A stretch of DNA of 64,000 nt from Macrostomum lignano. Taxonomy: Eukaryota. Each line of letters begins with the position of its first letter. Position 1 is the first letter of the stretch. This document shows positions 28,615 to 41,359 of this stretch, piece after piece. Position numbers and translations under genes: made by a program. The notes beneath the pieces are model-generated. The model was given only the letters and a program-made list of their open reading frames with translations. It made no database searches and was not told the origin of the DNA. The stretch covers positions 372,001 through 436,000 of the forward strand of contig NIVC01000309.1 of the NCBI GenBank assembly GCA_002269645.1. The letters are read 5' to 3'.

Positions 28615-29154
28615 AATTGACTGCCGAACCTAACTCAAAATACTAATTTCTAAATCTTAACGTGAACCCTAACTCCTAAACCCTAACCTACACCCTAATT
28701 CCTAAACCCTAACCTAAATCCTAATTCCTAAACCCTAACCTAAATCCTAATTCCTAAACCCTAACCTAAATCCTAATTCCTAAACCCTAACCTAAATCCT
28801 AATTCCTAAACCCTAACCTAAATCCTAATTCCTAAACCCTAACCTAAATCCTAATTCCTAAACCCTAACCTAAATCCTAATTCCTAAACCCTAACCTAAA
28901 TCCTAATTCCTAAACCCTAAGCCCTTAACCCCAATTCCTAAACCATAATCTAAATTCCAATTCCTAAACTCTAATTCATAAACTCTAACCGAACCTTTTA
29001 CCTAATATAAAATCTAATCGTAAGCTAACATAATCCATATAACCTAAAAACCTACTCCTAACCTAAACCTGACCTCTAAACCTAACCCAGGCCTAACTGG
29101 AACCCTTTTCTAAACCCTAACCCTAACTCTAACCCAAATAGTCGGCAGTCAATT
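28615..29154. mobile_element. Probable non-autonomous element: 13-bp inverted repeats enclosing a telomere-like 26-bp array (CCCTAACCTAAATCCTAATTCCTAAA)
   Basis: AATTGACTGCCGA at 28615-28627 and its reverse complement TCGGCAGTCAATT at 29142-29154 flank the array (28660-29135). Confidence 0.5.
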
Positions 29155-29484
29155 TGTGGCAGGATGTCATGGCAACCCAGTAGTAAAAACAACATTCGCT
29201 TTATTCGCTTGTTAACCAATTTTTCAGACAAGCTGGACTTGGACGACTCAGATTCCGAGGATGAAGAGACGCCAGTTGGATACGGGAAAACTGCTCGTGC
29301 TACTACTGGATAAACTCGACAATTTATTGACTGAACAGTGCAGTGAAGATAATCAAATGATTGCACAGATACTAAAAAAACTACTTTTTGTCATCGCAAT
29401 TTAAGTTGTGGTTGTGAGAAAGCAGAGCGAATAATGTTTTACGGTAGATTGTCTACGCAGCATCGAAAGGACGAAACCCAGAAT

Positions 29485-29710
29485 ATGGGGACAGGCTCAT
29501 TCTAGCTTAGCCAATGAGAGAGTAGTAAGGAGAGAGATCAAAGTTAGACGGACGAAACAACTTTGACCTCTCTCAAGGCAAACAGCCTTGGGGGGGGCAG
29601 GCCCAATGTGGCTCAGCCAATGAGAGAGCAGTAAGGAGAGAGGTCAAAGTTAGACGGACGAAAGTCAGTTAGGGGGCAGGCCTAGTCTAGCTCAGCCAAT
29701 GAGAGGAGAG
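29485..29710. promoter_or_regulatory. Dispersed triple repeat carrying AGCCAATGAG (NF-Y-type) boxes upstream of PUM3
   Basis: AGCCAATGAG at 29509, 29615 and 29694; two copies continue AGTAAGGAGAGA..TCAAAGTTAGACGGACGAAA. Confidence 0.35.
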
Positions 29711-30698
29711 CTTATTCAGACAAAAGCGGGCAAGAGGAAAGCTTAGTTATCCGCCTGTCTGGGAAAAACCTTAAATATCTGGAAAACATTTATAAGACAA
29801 AAGCGCTAATTTTGCTACTGAAAAGAGTAGAAGAGTGCAGTTTTTTGCGAGTGGCATATCTACTAGTTATTTCTAGTATCTGTATTCCTAACTACTGTAT
29901 GTGTATACCTATACTTAACTACATGAACTAACCTTGTAGAAAAGAACTGAATATAAAAAATCAGAACGCGAAATAACCTGAAATTGCATAATCAAAATGT
30001 CTATGTTAAGTAATTTATTATAGCGGCATATAATTATGAATCAGAGTAATCCTGCTATATAAAACACCTGTATTGGTTTACTAACTACGCTCGTATATTT
30101 TAAGTACACTATTTATTATACGCGACGATTTTAAAATTAAATATCCTTGATTTTTTGCCTATAAATAAAAATAAATTTAGAATATCTAACACTACAATAA
30201 TGGTATTCAAATCTAACTATTTAACAAAATAAAGCTTTTTGATGTGTAGTATTTACAATGCAAACAAGTAGGGAACTTCTTTTTCTGTAATAATCTAGCT
30301 TAACTCACAGTCTCGTGTAACTGATGTAAACTTATCTAGGAGAAAAAGAGCGATACAGAAAAATAGGAAAACAGCGAGTTAATACCAAAAACAAGGAATG
30401 AACACGCAGGTCAAGGAAGACACGAAATCCAAATTCAAGCCATGCTGTTGATTCTTAGTAAACCGTAGATAAATAAAAGCATTAAAATCAATTCCAAACA
30501 AGACTAGACAGTGTCAAGAATTGCTGTTGTTCTTTTAAACAAATAGAACTCAACAATTGACAAAACATTAATATCGCTGAATAATTTATACTGAAGTGCT
30601 AAAGCTATGAAAGAGAGATAAGAATTCATACCTACGAATACCATAATTCATGCTTAATAAATAATTGTTTCATTCAATTCTCTCAGATGTTGAGATTT

Positions 30699-33600
30699 TC
30701 ATACATCAGCGGCGGGTTCCGCGGAGGGTGCAGCGGCGGGGTCGGCGGCGGGGTCAGCGGCGGGGTCGGCGGAGGGTGCAGCGGCGAGGTCGGCGGCGGG
30801 GTCAGCGGAGGGTGCAGCGGCGGGGTCGGCGGAGGGTGCAGCGGCGAGATCGGCGGAGGGTGCAGCGGCGAGGTCGGCGGCGGGGTCGGCGGCGGGGTCA
30901 GCGGCGGGGTCAGCGGAGGGTGCAGCGGCGGGGTCAGCGGAGGGTGCAGTGGCGGGGTCGGCGGCGGGGTCGGCGGCGGGGTCAGCGGAGGGTGCAGCGG
31001 CGGAATCGGCGGCGGAGGATGCAGTGGCGAGATCGGCAGAGGGTGCAGCGGCGAGGTCGGTGGAGGGTGCAGCAGCGGGTTCGGCGGAGGGTGCAGCGGC
31101 GAGGTCGGCAGCTCTGACAGGCGCAACCGGTACAACACCAAGTGGGCGGTGGACCTCAGTGAGCATGAGCAGCACGGTGTCCTCGGAGGCCCAATAGCAG
31201 GCGTGGCTAGTCAAAGCGAACAGATAATCGTTGAAAGCCTCAATAGGCGCCTCCTGCAGCACATAGTCCAACCGACGACCGCTATTTAAAGCACTGTCAC
31301 AAGAATCCTCAACTGAACCATCTAAAGAAGAATCCACAGACGCTGCTGAGCTGTCTTCGCTAGGGTCATCCTCTTCGGTAGATTGCTGCCGCTGTCGCTG
31401 CTGCTGACTATGCGCAGCGGCAAAGCTCTGCAAACCGGACCAGGTGGCTCGCAGGCCGCTCACTAGCCGATGCCGCAGCCCGGTGCCAACACGGGTCAGG
31501 CTGTCGCGCAATTGAAGATGCATCCGCTTGCGGCCTTTGTGATGGGGAATCTGCGGGAATAAGTGCCCGATATTCGTCCGATTTTGTATCGTTAATAAGC
31601 GGAGTGTACAGTTACTGTTACTGTGACTCCCCTCCTATGTCACTCCCCATTTCTCCTATCTCACTCTCCGTCTCTCCAATCTTACTCACGTCTCTCCAAT
31701 CTTACTCACGTCTCCCCAATCTCGGTTTCCGTCTCTCCAATCTCACGTCCGTCCCTCCTATCTTACTCTCCGTCTTTCCAATCTCACTCCTGTCTCACCT
31801 ATCTCACTCCAAATCTACTATCTCACTGTCCGTTTTTTCAATCTCACTCTCCGTCTCTCCATCTCACTCCGAATCTATTATCTCACTCTCCGTCTCTCCA
31901 ATCTCACTCTCCGTCTCTCCAATCTCACTCTCCGTCTCTCTGATCTCACTCCCGTCTCTCCTATCTCACTCTCCGTCTCTCCAATCTTACTCACGTCTCC
32001 CCAATCTCGGTTTCCGTCTCTCCAATCTCACGCCCGTCCCTCCAATCTTACTCTCTGTCTTTCCAATCTCACTCCTGTCTCACCTATCTCACTCCAAATC
32101 TACTATCTCACTCACTCTTCTTCCCTACTCTTTAATCTCACTCTCCGTCTCTCCAAATCTACTATCTCACTGTCCGTTTCTTCAATCTCACTCTCCGTCT
32201 CTCTAATCTCACTCTCCGTCTCTCCGATCTCACTCTCCGCCTCTCCAATCTCACTCTCCGTCTCTCCGATCTCACTCCCGTCTCTCTCTTTAATCTCACT
32301 CTCCGTCTCTCTAATCTCACTCTCCGTCTATTAAATCTCACTCTCCATCTCTCCAATCTCACTTTCCGTCTCTCCAATCTCACTCTCGTCTCTCTACTCT
32401 CACTTCCGTCTCTCTAATTTCACTTCCGTCTCTCCTATCTCACTCTCCGTCTCTCCAATCTCATTTCCATTTTTTTTTCAATCTCACTCAGGTCTCTCCT
32501 ATCTTGCCTCTCCCTTCCCTCGCTCCCGCTCAATTCATAAGCAATAACTTGGGAAAAATCCTACCAAAAATGGCTCAGCAGGATATCTGGACAGCAGCGG
32601 CTCCAACCGATAGGCGATGGGATCAAACGGATGAAAGATGTTGAACAAAGCCGGACGACACAAACCGCTGCCACACTCGGGAAGCTGGTATTCGGCGGGC
32701 AAAGCTGACACGCCTCTAGACGTGAGAAACAGGGCGATGGGAGAGCCCAGACAGAACAGAGAAGCCGGTGAGAACTCCAGCTGGGGATACGAGACACAGG
32801 GAAATCCGCTACCTTCATTGTGTTGACTTTCCGTATTCTCGCCAATGCCCGCTACCTGACCAATGACATAGGTTAATTGTTTTACTGGCTTCGAAGCCGG
32901 AGGCGGAGTCGGCTCTCGTTGCTGTTCGCCTGGAATCTGGACTTTGGCCTTTGACTTGGTTGCCGACGATTTTGAGATTGCAGCCAGCAGCTTCTTGCGG
33001 GGTCCGAGGGGGACGCCGAGTTCCTGAATGATTTAGGTAAGTAGGGCACAGGTAACAGCAACCAGAAAACTGATTACACAGGTAACAGCAACCAGTAAAC
33101 TGATTACACATGTAGAAGACAGTCCCCAGTGTAAAACAATAAGCAAGCAACAACATACCTTGAGTTCGGCATCTGTCAGACTAGTGAGCACATCAACACT
33201 GTCAACTCCAGCAGTTTTAAGTTTCTCTCTAACAGTAGCGGATTCGCCTAGACCACACTGCTTCAAGAACGAGTCAATCTCAGCATCTGTATTGGTGCCG
33301 CTGTCTGCTTTGAAATCGGACAGCAAAGAAGCCGCTGCTGCCGCGCTACCAGCCGGCGCAGCAAGACCCTGATGAGTCAGGATGTCGAAAGCGATCACTG
33401 AGCCAAGCGAGTGGCCAACCAACGAGAAGCTGCCTTTGTAGTCGGGATTTCTGGTTAGAAACAGTCGGCGCAGACGGTTCATCTGGGAAGAATTGAGGAG
33501 TGGGGATTAGAGTGGGAATCAGAGGGATTTCGAAGTCGGTCAATGGGGATCACACAAGGGATGTCGAAGTCGGTCAATGGGGATCACACAAGGGACGTCG

Positions 33601-36585
33601 AAGTCGGTCAATGGGGATCAAAGAGATGTCGAAGTCGGTCAATGGGGATCAGGCAATGGATGTCGAAGTCGGTCAATGGGGATCACGCAACGGATGTCGA
33701 AGTCGGTCAATGGGGATTACGCAATGGATGTCGAAGTCGGTCAATGGGGATCACGCAATGGATGTCGAAGTCGGTCAATGGGGATCACGCAATGGATGTC
33801 GAAGTCGGTCAATGGGGATCACGCAATGGATGTCGAAGTCGGTCAATGGGGATCACACAAGGGATGTCGAAGTCGGTCAATGGGGATCACACAAGGGATG
33901 TCGAAGTCGGTCAATGGTGATAACACAAGGGGAAGTCGTCAATGGGGATCAGAGGGATGTCGAAGTCGGTCAATGGGGATCAGCAAGGGATGCCGTTATG
34001 AGTCAATAGAGATCAGGAGATATCGACGACTCAACATCATTTAATGAGGGTCTTAAATAAAGACCTGTCTTTGCAAATGAGGAACTTTAGATAATAGCGC
34101 ACCTCTTTCCCAACAGTGTCCACAATAGTTTGCATGTACCTCGGACTGCTGTAGAACAGCACATCCGTGAGGGTGTCATTAGCAAACCGACGCAATTTCG
34201 GTATAGACTGCAGACTGATCCGCTGCAGCTGAGCATCCAGCCCCGTAGTGTGATTGCTGTGCAGAGCCGAATGCCAGTGCACTGGCAGAAACTCAACCCG
34301 GCCAAACTGATTAGCGAAATGCGAGCGCATTAATTCACCAGAAACGAAGCGCATTCGGTCAACACACTGGACCAGATTGTGCCCGAGTAGGTCGTACACA
34401 GAGCCGATACCGTGCACTACGAATAGCACGTGATCTACCGGGTTCCGGGACTCCGAGTCCGGAGGCAGAGTGCCGGGGAACTGGCCCATGCCTCTGCGGA
34501 AGTTTTCAGGTAATATTGGGAACGAATTTATTGCGTAATTACCCAACCTGTCGTTCTGGGTGTCCAATGTCATTCTGAGTGTGTAACCTGACATTCTGAG
34601 TGTGTAACCTGTCATTCTGAGTGTCCAACCTGTCATTCTGTGTGTAACCTGTCATTCTGAGTGTGTAACCTGTCATTCTTAGTGTCCAACCTGTCATTCT
34701 GAGTGTGTAACCTGTCATTCTGAGTGTGTAACCCGTCATTCTGAGTGCGTAACCTGTCATTCTGAGTGTCCAACCTGTCATTCTTAGTGTCCAACCTGTC
34801 ATTCTGAGTGTGTAACCTGACATTCTGAGTGTGTAACCTGACATTCTGAGTGTGTAACCTGTCATTCTGAGTGTGTAACCTGACATTCTGAGTGTGTAAC
34901 CTGTCATTCTGAGTGTCCAACCTGTCATTCTGAGTGTGTAACCTGTCATTCTGAGTGTGTAACCTGTCATTCTGAGTGTGTAACCTGACCATTCTGAGTG
35001 TGTAACCTGTCATTCTTAGTGTCCAACCTGTCATTCTGAGTGTGTAACCTGTCATTCTGAGTGTGTAACCTGTCATTCTGAGTGTGTAACCTGTCATTCT
35101 GAGTGTGTAACCTGTCCTTCTGAGTGTCCAACCTGTCATTCTGAGTGTGTAACCTGTCATTCTGAGTGTGTAACCTGACCATTCTGAGTGTGTAACCTGT
35201 CATTCTGAGTGTCCAACCTGTCATTCTGAGTGTGTAACCTGTCATTCTGAGTGTCCAACCTGTCATTCTGAGTGTGTAACCTGTCATTCTGAGTGTGTAA
35301 CCTGTCATTCTGAGTGTGTAACCTGACCATTCTGAGTGTGTAACCTGTCATTCTTAGTGTCCAACCTGTCATTCTGAGTGTGTAACCTGTCATTCTGAGT
35401 GTGTAACCTGACCATTCTGAGTGTGTAACCTGTCCTTCTGAGTGTCCAACCTGTCATTCTGAGTGTGTAACCTGTCATTCTGAGTGTGTAACCTGTCATT
35501 CTGAGTCTGTAACCTGTCATTCTGAGTGTGTAACCTGACATTCTGAGTGTCCAACCTGTCATTCTGACTCCTGAGCGTCAAACCTGTGCTGTGATCTTAT
35601 GTCTCCGCATCCACGAATTTGTCTGCCTGTTTTTTTCAGTGTCTTTAGATCTGTCTGTCTCCCGAGCGAGCGTCCTGCCAGCCTGTCTGCACGAACCTGT
35701 ACACCACCCGGGCAATCCGCCGCCAGAAGCGACGCCGCTAGCACCAGCCGATCCGTGCTCGCTGTCATCACTAAACTGTATCAGAGCGTTCGGACTGTGG
35801 AACACAAACTTTGTACCGTCAGTTTCGACGCCATCTAAACGGAAATATTTACGCCAGGCGTTATTTAACACAGCGTCTCGATAGTGCGTCTCCAGGCTGT
35901 CGCTACTGGCCTCATCGAACGGGATAAATGTTGTATCAGCATCCTCGCCATCGGGCCGGTAAAACCAGGTGCACCGACGGATCTGCATTAACGAACTTTC
36001 AGCATTGCCTACTTCTTCGTCGCCCCAGTAGACTGGGCGCATGTACCGGCCGGACAAATTGGCGTCGAATCTGATTGACATAAAAATAAGTAAAAAATGC
36101 GCGTTGCACTACTTTTAGTAAAATTGATTGCATTAGTAAGTCAATATCCCGCATAAAAGTGAGACGGAAACCTTTTTTGGTGATAGTGACCGTCAGTTAA
36201 TAATGCGACTGTCAAATAAATGGTCACTCGTGCGACCATAAAAAGATGAGCAAACCACCATTGTGACCCTTGTGTGTTCAGGTTGATTTAAGAAATGCAA
36301 GAACTTGACAGTCACATTGGAGGGTCACAAATCGATCAGTGTCAAAATTTGACCGTCTCAATATTTTGCGGGCATGATTTACCAAGTAAGTTTTACTAAC
36401 CTGCCTCCATTCACGGCAACAATATTAGCTGTCTGAGCAGTTGCCGCCTCCTCAAGCTGACAGGAGTCGTACAGAGAGAATGGCAGCCAAACACGCAGGC
36501 TGGCATCGACGCGATGCTGGTGAAACCAGTGGGGCTCTACTGGCTGGTACATTGACTGGCTAGGCGACATAGGGTTAGATGCCAT
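30699..36585 (-). CDS. SEC23IP: SEC23IP/DDHD2-type intracellular phospholipase A1 (WWE-like, lipase, SAM and DDHD domains)
   Basis: Exons 36585-36401, 36070-about 35700 (3' boundary uncertain), 34493-34103, 33482-33159, 33023-32565 and 31550-30699. Motifs: [13 protein letters not shown]|[43 protein letters not shown], lipase GHSLG, SAM end [63 protein letters not shown]23IP versus DDHD2 orthology cannot be resolved here. Confidence 0.9.
30712..31112 (-). repeat. Coding tandem repeat giving an (AAAPSAD[PL])n / (AADP)n C-terminal tail
   Basis: In frame with the DDHD domain up to the stop at 30699; built from 12- and 24-nt units. Confidence 0.8.
31625..32490. repeat. Intronic pyrimidine-rich ~21-bp minisatellite CTCACTCTCCGTCTCTCCAAT (degenerate)
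   Basis: Direct inspection. Confidence 0.9.
33530..33985. repeat. Intronic 32-34 bp minisatellite GTCGAAGTCGGTCAATGGGGATCACGCAATGGAT
   Basis: Direct inspection. Confidence 0.95.
34545..35566. repeat. Intronic 21-bp minisatellite ACCTGTCATTCTGAGTGTGTA
   Basis: Direct inspection. Confidence 0.95.
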
Positions 36586-38699
36586 CTTTTTAACTCTTTA
36601 TTGTTAATCAGACAACGCCTGCAAGCTAAGGCATAGCTTCTTGACTGGCCTGAAGTAACCAATGCATAGGATTTCAAATGAAAATGAATTACAATTAGTT
36701 TAGTGTCATGATTATTAGGTCATACTTAAAATTGACTAAAATGCCCCATGAACTGTCAAGATATTCAATAATCAATACAAATCTGTTCATCAATCAGCAC
36801 ATCAATCAAACTAATAGAAACATAGAACTTTATCAACCTAGTCAATCCAACTGGTGTAAATTGTTGTAGACTAAAGGTTAATTGGCATTTTTTATATATT
36901 TTTTTATGAATACTATACTTTTAAAATGAAGAAAATATTAAACGCAATAGTTCTAAGTATTGCTTATATGTTATCAATAGTCCCATTTATTATTTATTTC
37001 TTATTTATAATCTTATTTCTATAGCAATAGGCACTTAGACTATGCATATTATGAAAATTTTGCTTAAAGTTGAATTAAGCATTCAAAAACCTTACAAATA
37101 GCTATATCAGCCAACAATATGAAAAATTAACTCATTTTAACTTGTTTTCTAAATTCACCAAGTCAAGCTTCTACTTTAAAAGATTGAGTTAATAATTTTG
37201 CCTTAGTTATTTAGGAATGTTAAAAGACCTTTTAGACAATGGGAGAACTTGCTGCCATTTAAGAAAATAAGACTTTTAAAAAACTGACTTAAGGCAAAGT
37301 TATCTTCCAGAGGGTAAGAATATCTAGATTCAAAATCCAAGAACTTGCCTTAAAATAGTAAATCTATCAGAGTATAAGCTATGACCCTCTGATTATAATA
37401 ATAAACCAGACTTAGAGAATAAAAATAAATGAAATAGGATTTAATATTGCCTTAATTTAGTAGGCCTACTTAGTAGTATTATAATATTAAAAGTACATTA
37501 AAAGATTACATTAAGACAGGATAAGTAAAGAGTAGGGAATAAATCCTTAGGGCAACTTTGAAGGTTTCTAGAGATTATAATAAAATAATTGTAAGACAAG
37601 AAAATAAACTTTACTATAATAGTGATCATAGTAGTTGCATATTTTATTATACAAAAAACGTGGTACTAGTATATATATTTTATGGTTACTTTATTTATTA
37701 TACTGAATTCATTTCTTTATCTATTTTTTATTATATGATATCTAAGACTGTTTATTTTAAGAGTTCATTCTAATCTATATGGCATTAGGCCTAAACTTAT
37801 TATAGCCATAGGTATATAAAATGTATATTATAGTAAAAATCAAATAACTATTGTGGTAGTAGAGGCTACCACTCTTGCCTTTTTGAATATGCTAAATGTA
37901 GACTCACCTTTTTGTCCTAAAGCTGGCCTTGACTATCCATCCTGAGGTATTCCCTGACATCAGTTTGTCATTGCCTTATTTACTAAGTTTAAGAGCCTTC
38001 ATTTTTCTTATGGTTAGTACATTTCCTTTTTTTCTAGCCCTATCTGTTTTTTCCTAGTATTCTTTTACTGTCTATGATTTAAATATGTTTTTTTTGTCAA
38101 GTATCTGTTGACTCATGTTTGAACATGTTATGTCTTCTTCTAAAATAGCACTTGTCCTATGCTATCTACCTACTATCCAGACATGTCTATCTTATGTTGT
38201 AATGTAGCTCGCTTTAAAATTAGCAAAAGAGCAAACATCAAAACAAACATTTAATTAACATTCATTCAAAGATTAAATGTTTGTTTTGACGTTTGCTCTA
38301 TCTTATATTGCCTTTGGGTTCTATATACTCATTCTTTCTCCTATCTTTTTAATCCTGTTTTAAACTTTTTTATTTTATACTAATTTGCTAGTTGTTTGAC
38401 CTTTTGTCTACTACTTATTTTAGATTTTAACTTGCTCACTATCTAACTCACTTATTGCTTAAGCCCAGTGTGGGCAGCCAGTCTGGCAGGACAACTTTGA
38501 AAGCCAGTCTGGCAGGACAACCCTGCAATTCAGCAAGCAAGGGAATATCTAGAGAAGCTCTGTCTGAGCAGGTGACCTACTTGCGAGGTGGAGGAGGCTC
38601 TGGCGACTATCTATCTGCAGTGGCAGCAGGCTGCAATTGATAAAGTTGTCCAGGCCATTTCCGCACTGGACCCGACACCAGAAGGCATGTGACCTAGTC

Positions 38700-39310
38700 C
38701 ACCATTAATGCTCTGACAGGGCAGAAGTGATGCATCCAACTGAATCTGGCAGGCGACACTGCGGATAAGCGCAGGAATGAGCTGCAGGAATTCTTTGCTG
38801 CCATAGTCAATGCACCATTACTCCCGCTGCCCAATATCCTGATGCTGCTGCCAAAGACACCGTTGCTATTAGAGGACAGTTTTAACATTGCACCAGTCAC
38901 CATGGCTAAAGTTGTGATGCACACCCAGAAGATGCTGGGCAGCAAGGTGCTAGGTCCAGACGAGGTGCCAATCACGGCACTGGGCATCCACTGTGTGGCC
39001 AATGAGGTCACCCATGTGATGAACCGCGTGCTTTGATGAACTAGTGAAATAGCACCCACTGAGTGGACCATGGCACACATCATTGCCATTCTAAAGAAGC
39101 CAGACACTACACGGCTAGATGAGCACCGAGGCATCTGTCTGCAATCCTGTGTTGCAAAGTTGTTCAACCAGATGTTGCTATTGTGGTTAAAACCCATGCT
39201 AGATCCCTACTTGCAACCTGAGCAGAATAGGTTTTGGCCCTACTGTGGCACAGTGCCACAAATCCTAGCTCTTTGACAAATCATTGAAGAGGCGCGCACA
39301 TGCCAATTGG
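38700..39310 (+). mobile_element. Decayed non-LTR retrotransposon (LINE, RTE-like) reverse transcriptase fragment
   Basis: Broken frame reads SKVLGPDEVP...IIAILKKPDTTRLDEHRGICLQSCVAKLFNQMLLLWLKPMLDPYLQPEQNRF...QILAL*QIIE, which matches RT domains 0-2; it contains internal stops. Confidence 0.85.
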
Positions 39311-40025
39311 ACTCAACAGGTATTAACAACAACAATAACTAATTGAACAAAGAAAAATTATCTAGATGAATAGAATTTATTTGACTTGACAATAAATAAA
39401 TAAATAAAGTATATGGCCATAAATAATAGGTAAATAGCAAAATTTATTTCTATTTTTCCTTTTGTTTTTAGATTTTTTGGACCCTTTGCAATTGCAACAA
39501 TCCATATTGCAACAAAGGTAGGGCCTAAGGGCCTAGCAAGGTCTAAGCTATGCTAGACAGCCACCTATGTCATCCAGACTTTAGCATGCTTTTGAATCTT
39601 AAATTGCTATTTCTTTCTATAGTATAGCACCTGACTTGCCTCTACCACTTTAGATAGGCCTGTTAACATCTATGACTATGGCCTTGGCTTGTTATTTTGT
39701 TGTAGGCCCTAGGCAGGTAGGTAGGCCTACTGAACCTTAATAGGCCTAGGCCTTGATCTCTATCAAAACTATACAATTGCTTGATCATGTGACATTAATG
39801 CAGTTAGGTAAATACAAATGTGTTGAATTATAACAGTTTGTGTAGTAGGGCCTAGGCCTACTCTTAAAAGACGAAAGAGATCTGTGAGCTGAAATAATAG
39901 GCCTAACTTACTAACTATAGGGCCTAGCCGAATAGTATAAGAAATTGTAAATCCATAATACTACAATAAAAATGAGTTGTTTGTATGTATGTAGCTGTAT
40001 GTGTAAATTTATCTTCCCTATGGGT

Positions 40026-40184
40026 CAGGGGCGGACCCAGGATTTTATCGAGGGGGGGGGGGGCAAGCCTCACGTCTGGTCAGGCCAGAGCTGCAATTAG
40101 GGTACCATGATACCAATACATCTGAGGATTTTTTTGGCAGAGCTGAGGGGGCCCCCTTGCCCCCCCCCCCTCGGTCCGCCCCTG
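40026..40184. mobile_element. hAT-type MITE, 159 bp
   Basis: TIRs CAGGGGCGGACC / GGTCCGCCCCTG; perfect 8-bp TSD CTATGGGT at 40018-40025 and 40185-40192. Confidence 0.9.
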
Positions 40185-40849
40185 CTATGGGTAAATTGTA
40201 AATTCATCTGCCTGCTAATAAACGCGGGATTTGAGCTACAAAATGACACTCAATTTTACACGAGACCACACGTCAACATGCTAACAAACACGTTAAGAAT
40301 TAATGCATGATATCTCATTAAAAAGAATACAAAAATGAATGCCTAAATTAAAAATTCTTTTAGAAAAGCAAGTTTTAATTTTTTTCTATAAAGAGGCTGA
40401 TTTCTTACTGCAACATTTTGTTTTTATGTTTTTAAATTAAAGAAAAAATTAACCTAAGTCCAACTTCTTGGAAATAACCTCACAAAATACTGAAGTTAAA
40501 GTTTTACTTGTTTGCAGTACAGTGCAATGCCCATTATACTTTCTAATCGTGCCAGTTATGGTTTAAAAATTTACTTTTAGTACTATGCCATATTTCATCG
40601 ATTTCATGGTATATCAACTTTAATTTATCTTGAACTATCTTGAATTTGGCCCCAGATTCCAATTTGGCACCTTGCTTTGTCAATGTCCAATTCAAGCTCA
40701 ATTACAATTGCTTGGGCTTAGTCTTAGATACTTTAATTTAAATTTCATCATATTTTCTAAAGCTCATATTTAATTTAAAATATTGATAGTCGTAGCTATA
40801 TAATTATTTGCATTTTTGGTATTTAAGACTTGTTGATATTAATTATTAA

Positions 40850-41109
40850 CATACATGCGCAACCCCCTGATTTACACTGGCCATGCGACTTACTTTTTGA
40901 CCAAAAATGCGACTTACCTGTAAAAGAAACCCTAACGCAATTTTGGGTAAACGGCAGGAGTAACTATGACTGTCTTATAAGGTATAAATGCCTCATCATC
41001 TAATTAGTACTGTCTTTCTTCAGGCTGGGAATTTTTGCGACTTACCCCTGGTCCACCACAATTTACAGTGGCCAGATCGGCCAGGTCGGCCAGCAGTTGC
41101 GCATGTATG
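40850..41109. mobile_element. hAT-type MITE, 260 bp
   Basis: Perfect 14-bp TIRs CATACATGCGCAAC / GTTGCGCATGTATG; 8-bp TSD ATTATTAA at 40842-40849 and 41110-41117. Confidence 0.9.
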
Positions 41110-41359
41110 ATTATTAAATTAATAATCTATAAACTTTAACATCAAACAGAGTCTATAGTCATACCATTGTCGTCCATAAGCCTACATGTTACAATGTCAT
41201 CTAGGTCATTAATATGTCATCTATAGATTCTATATAGGGGGCCTATTATATATATATTAATTATATATAGCTAGGACTATCAATATTTTAAATAGTATTA
41301 TAGTTATAGACCTAATCTTACTTTCACAATTCCTAGGGTCTATGTAAACATCAGCAATA

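Noticed and set aside
28660-29135. True interstitial telomere
   Set aside because: The unit is a 26-bp compound rather than pure (TTAGGG)n, and it is bounded by inverted repeats.
29221-29312. Isolated acidic exon-like stretch (DKLDLDDSDSEDEETPVGYGK) after TTTTTCAG
   Set aside because: No upstream partner exon or start was found and no homology was recognised; it may be a TE remnant.
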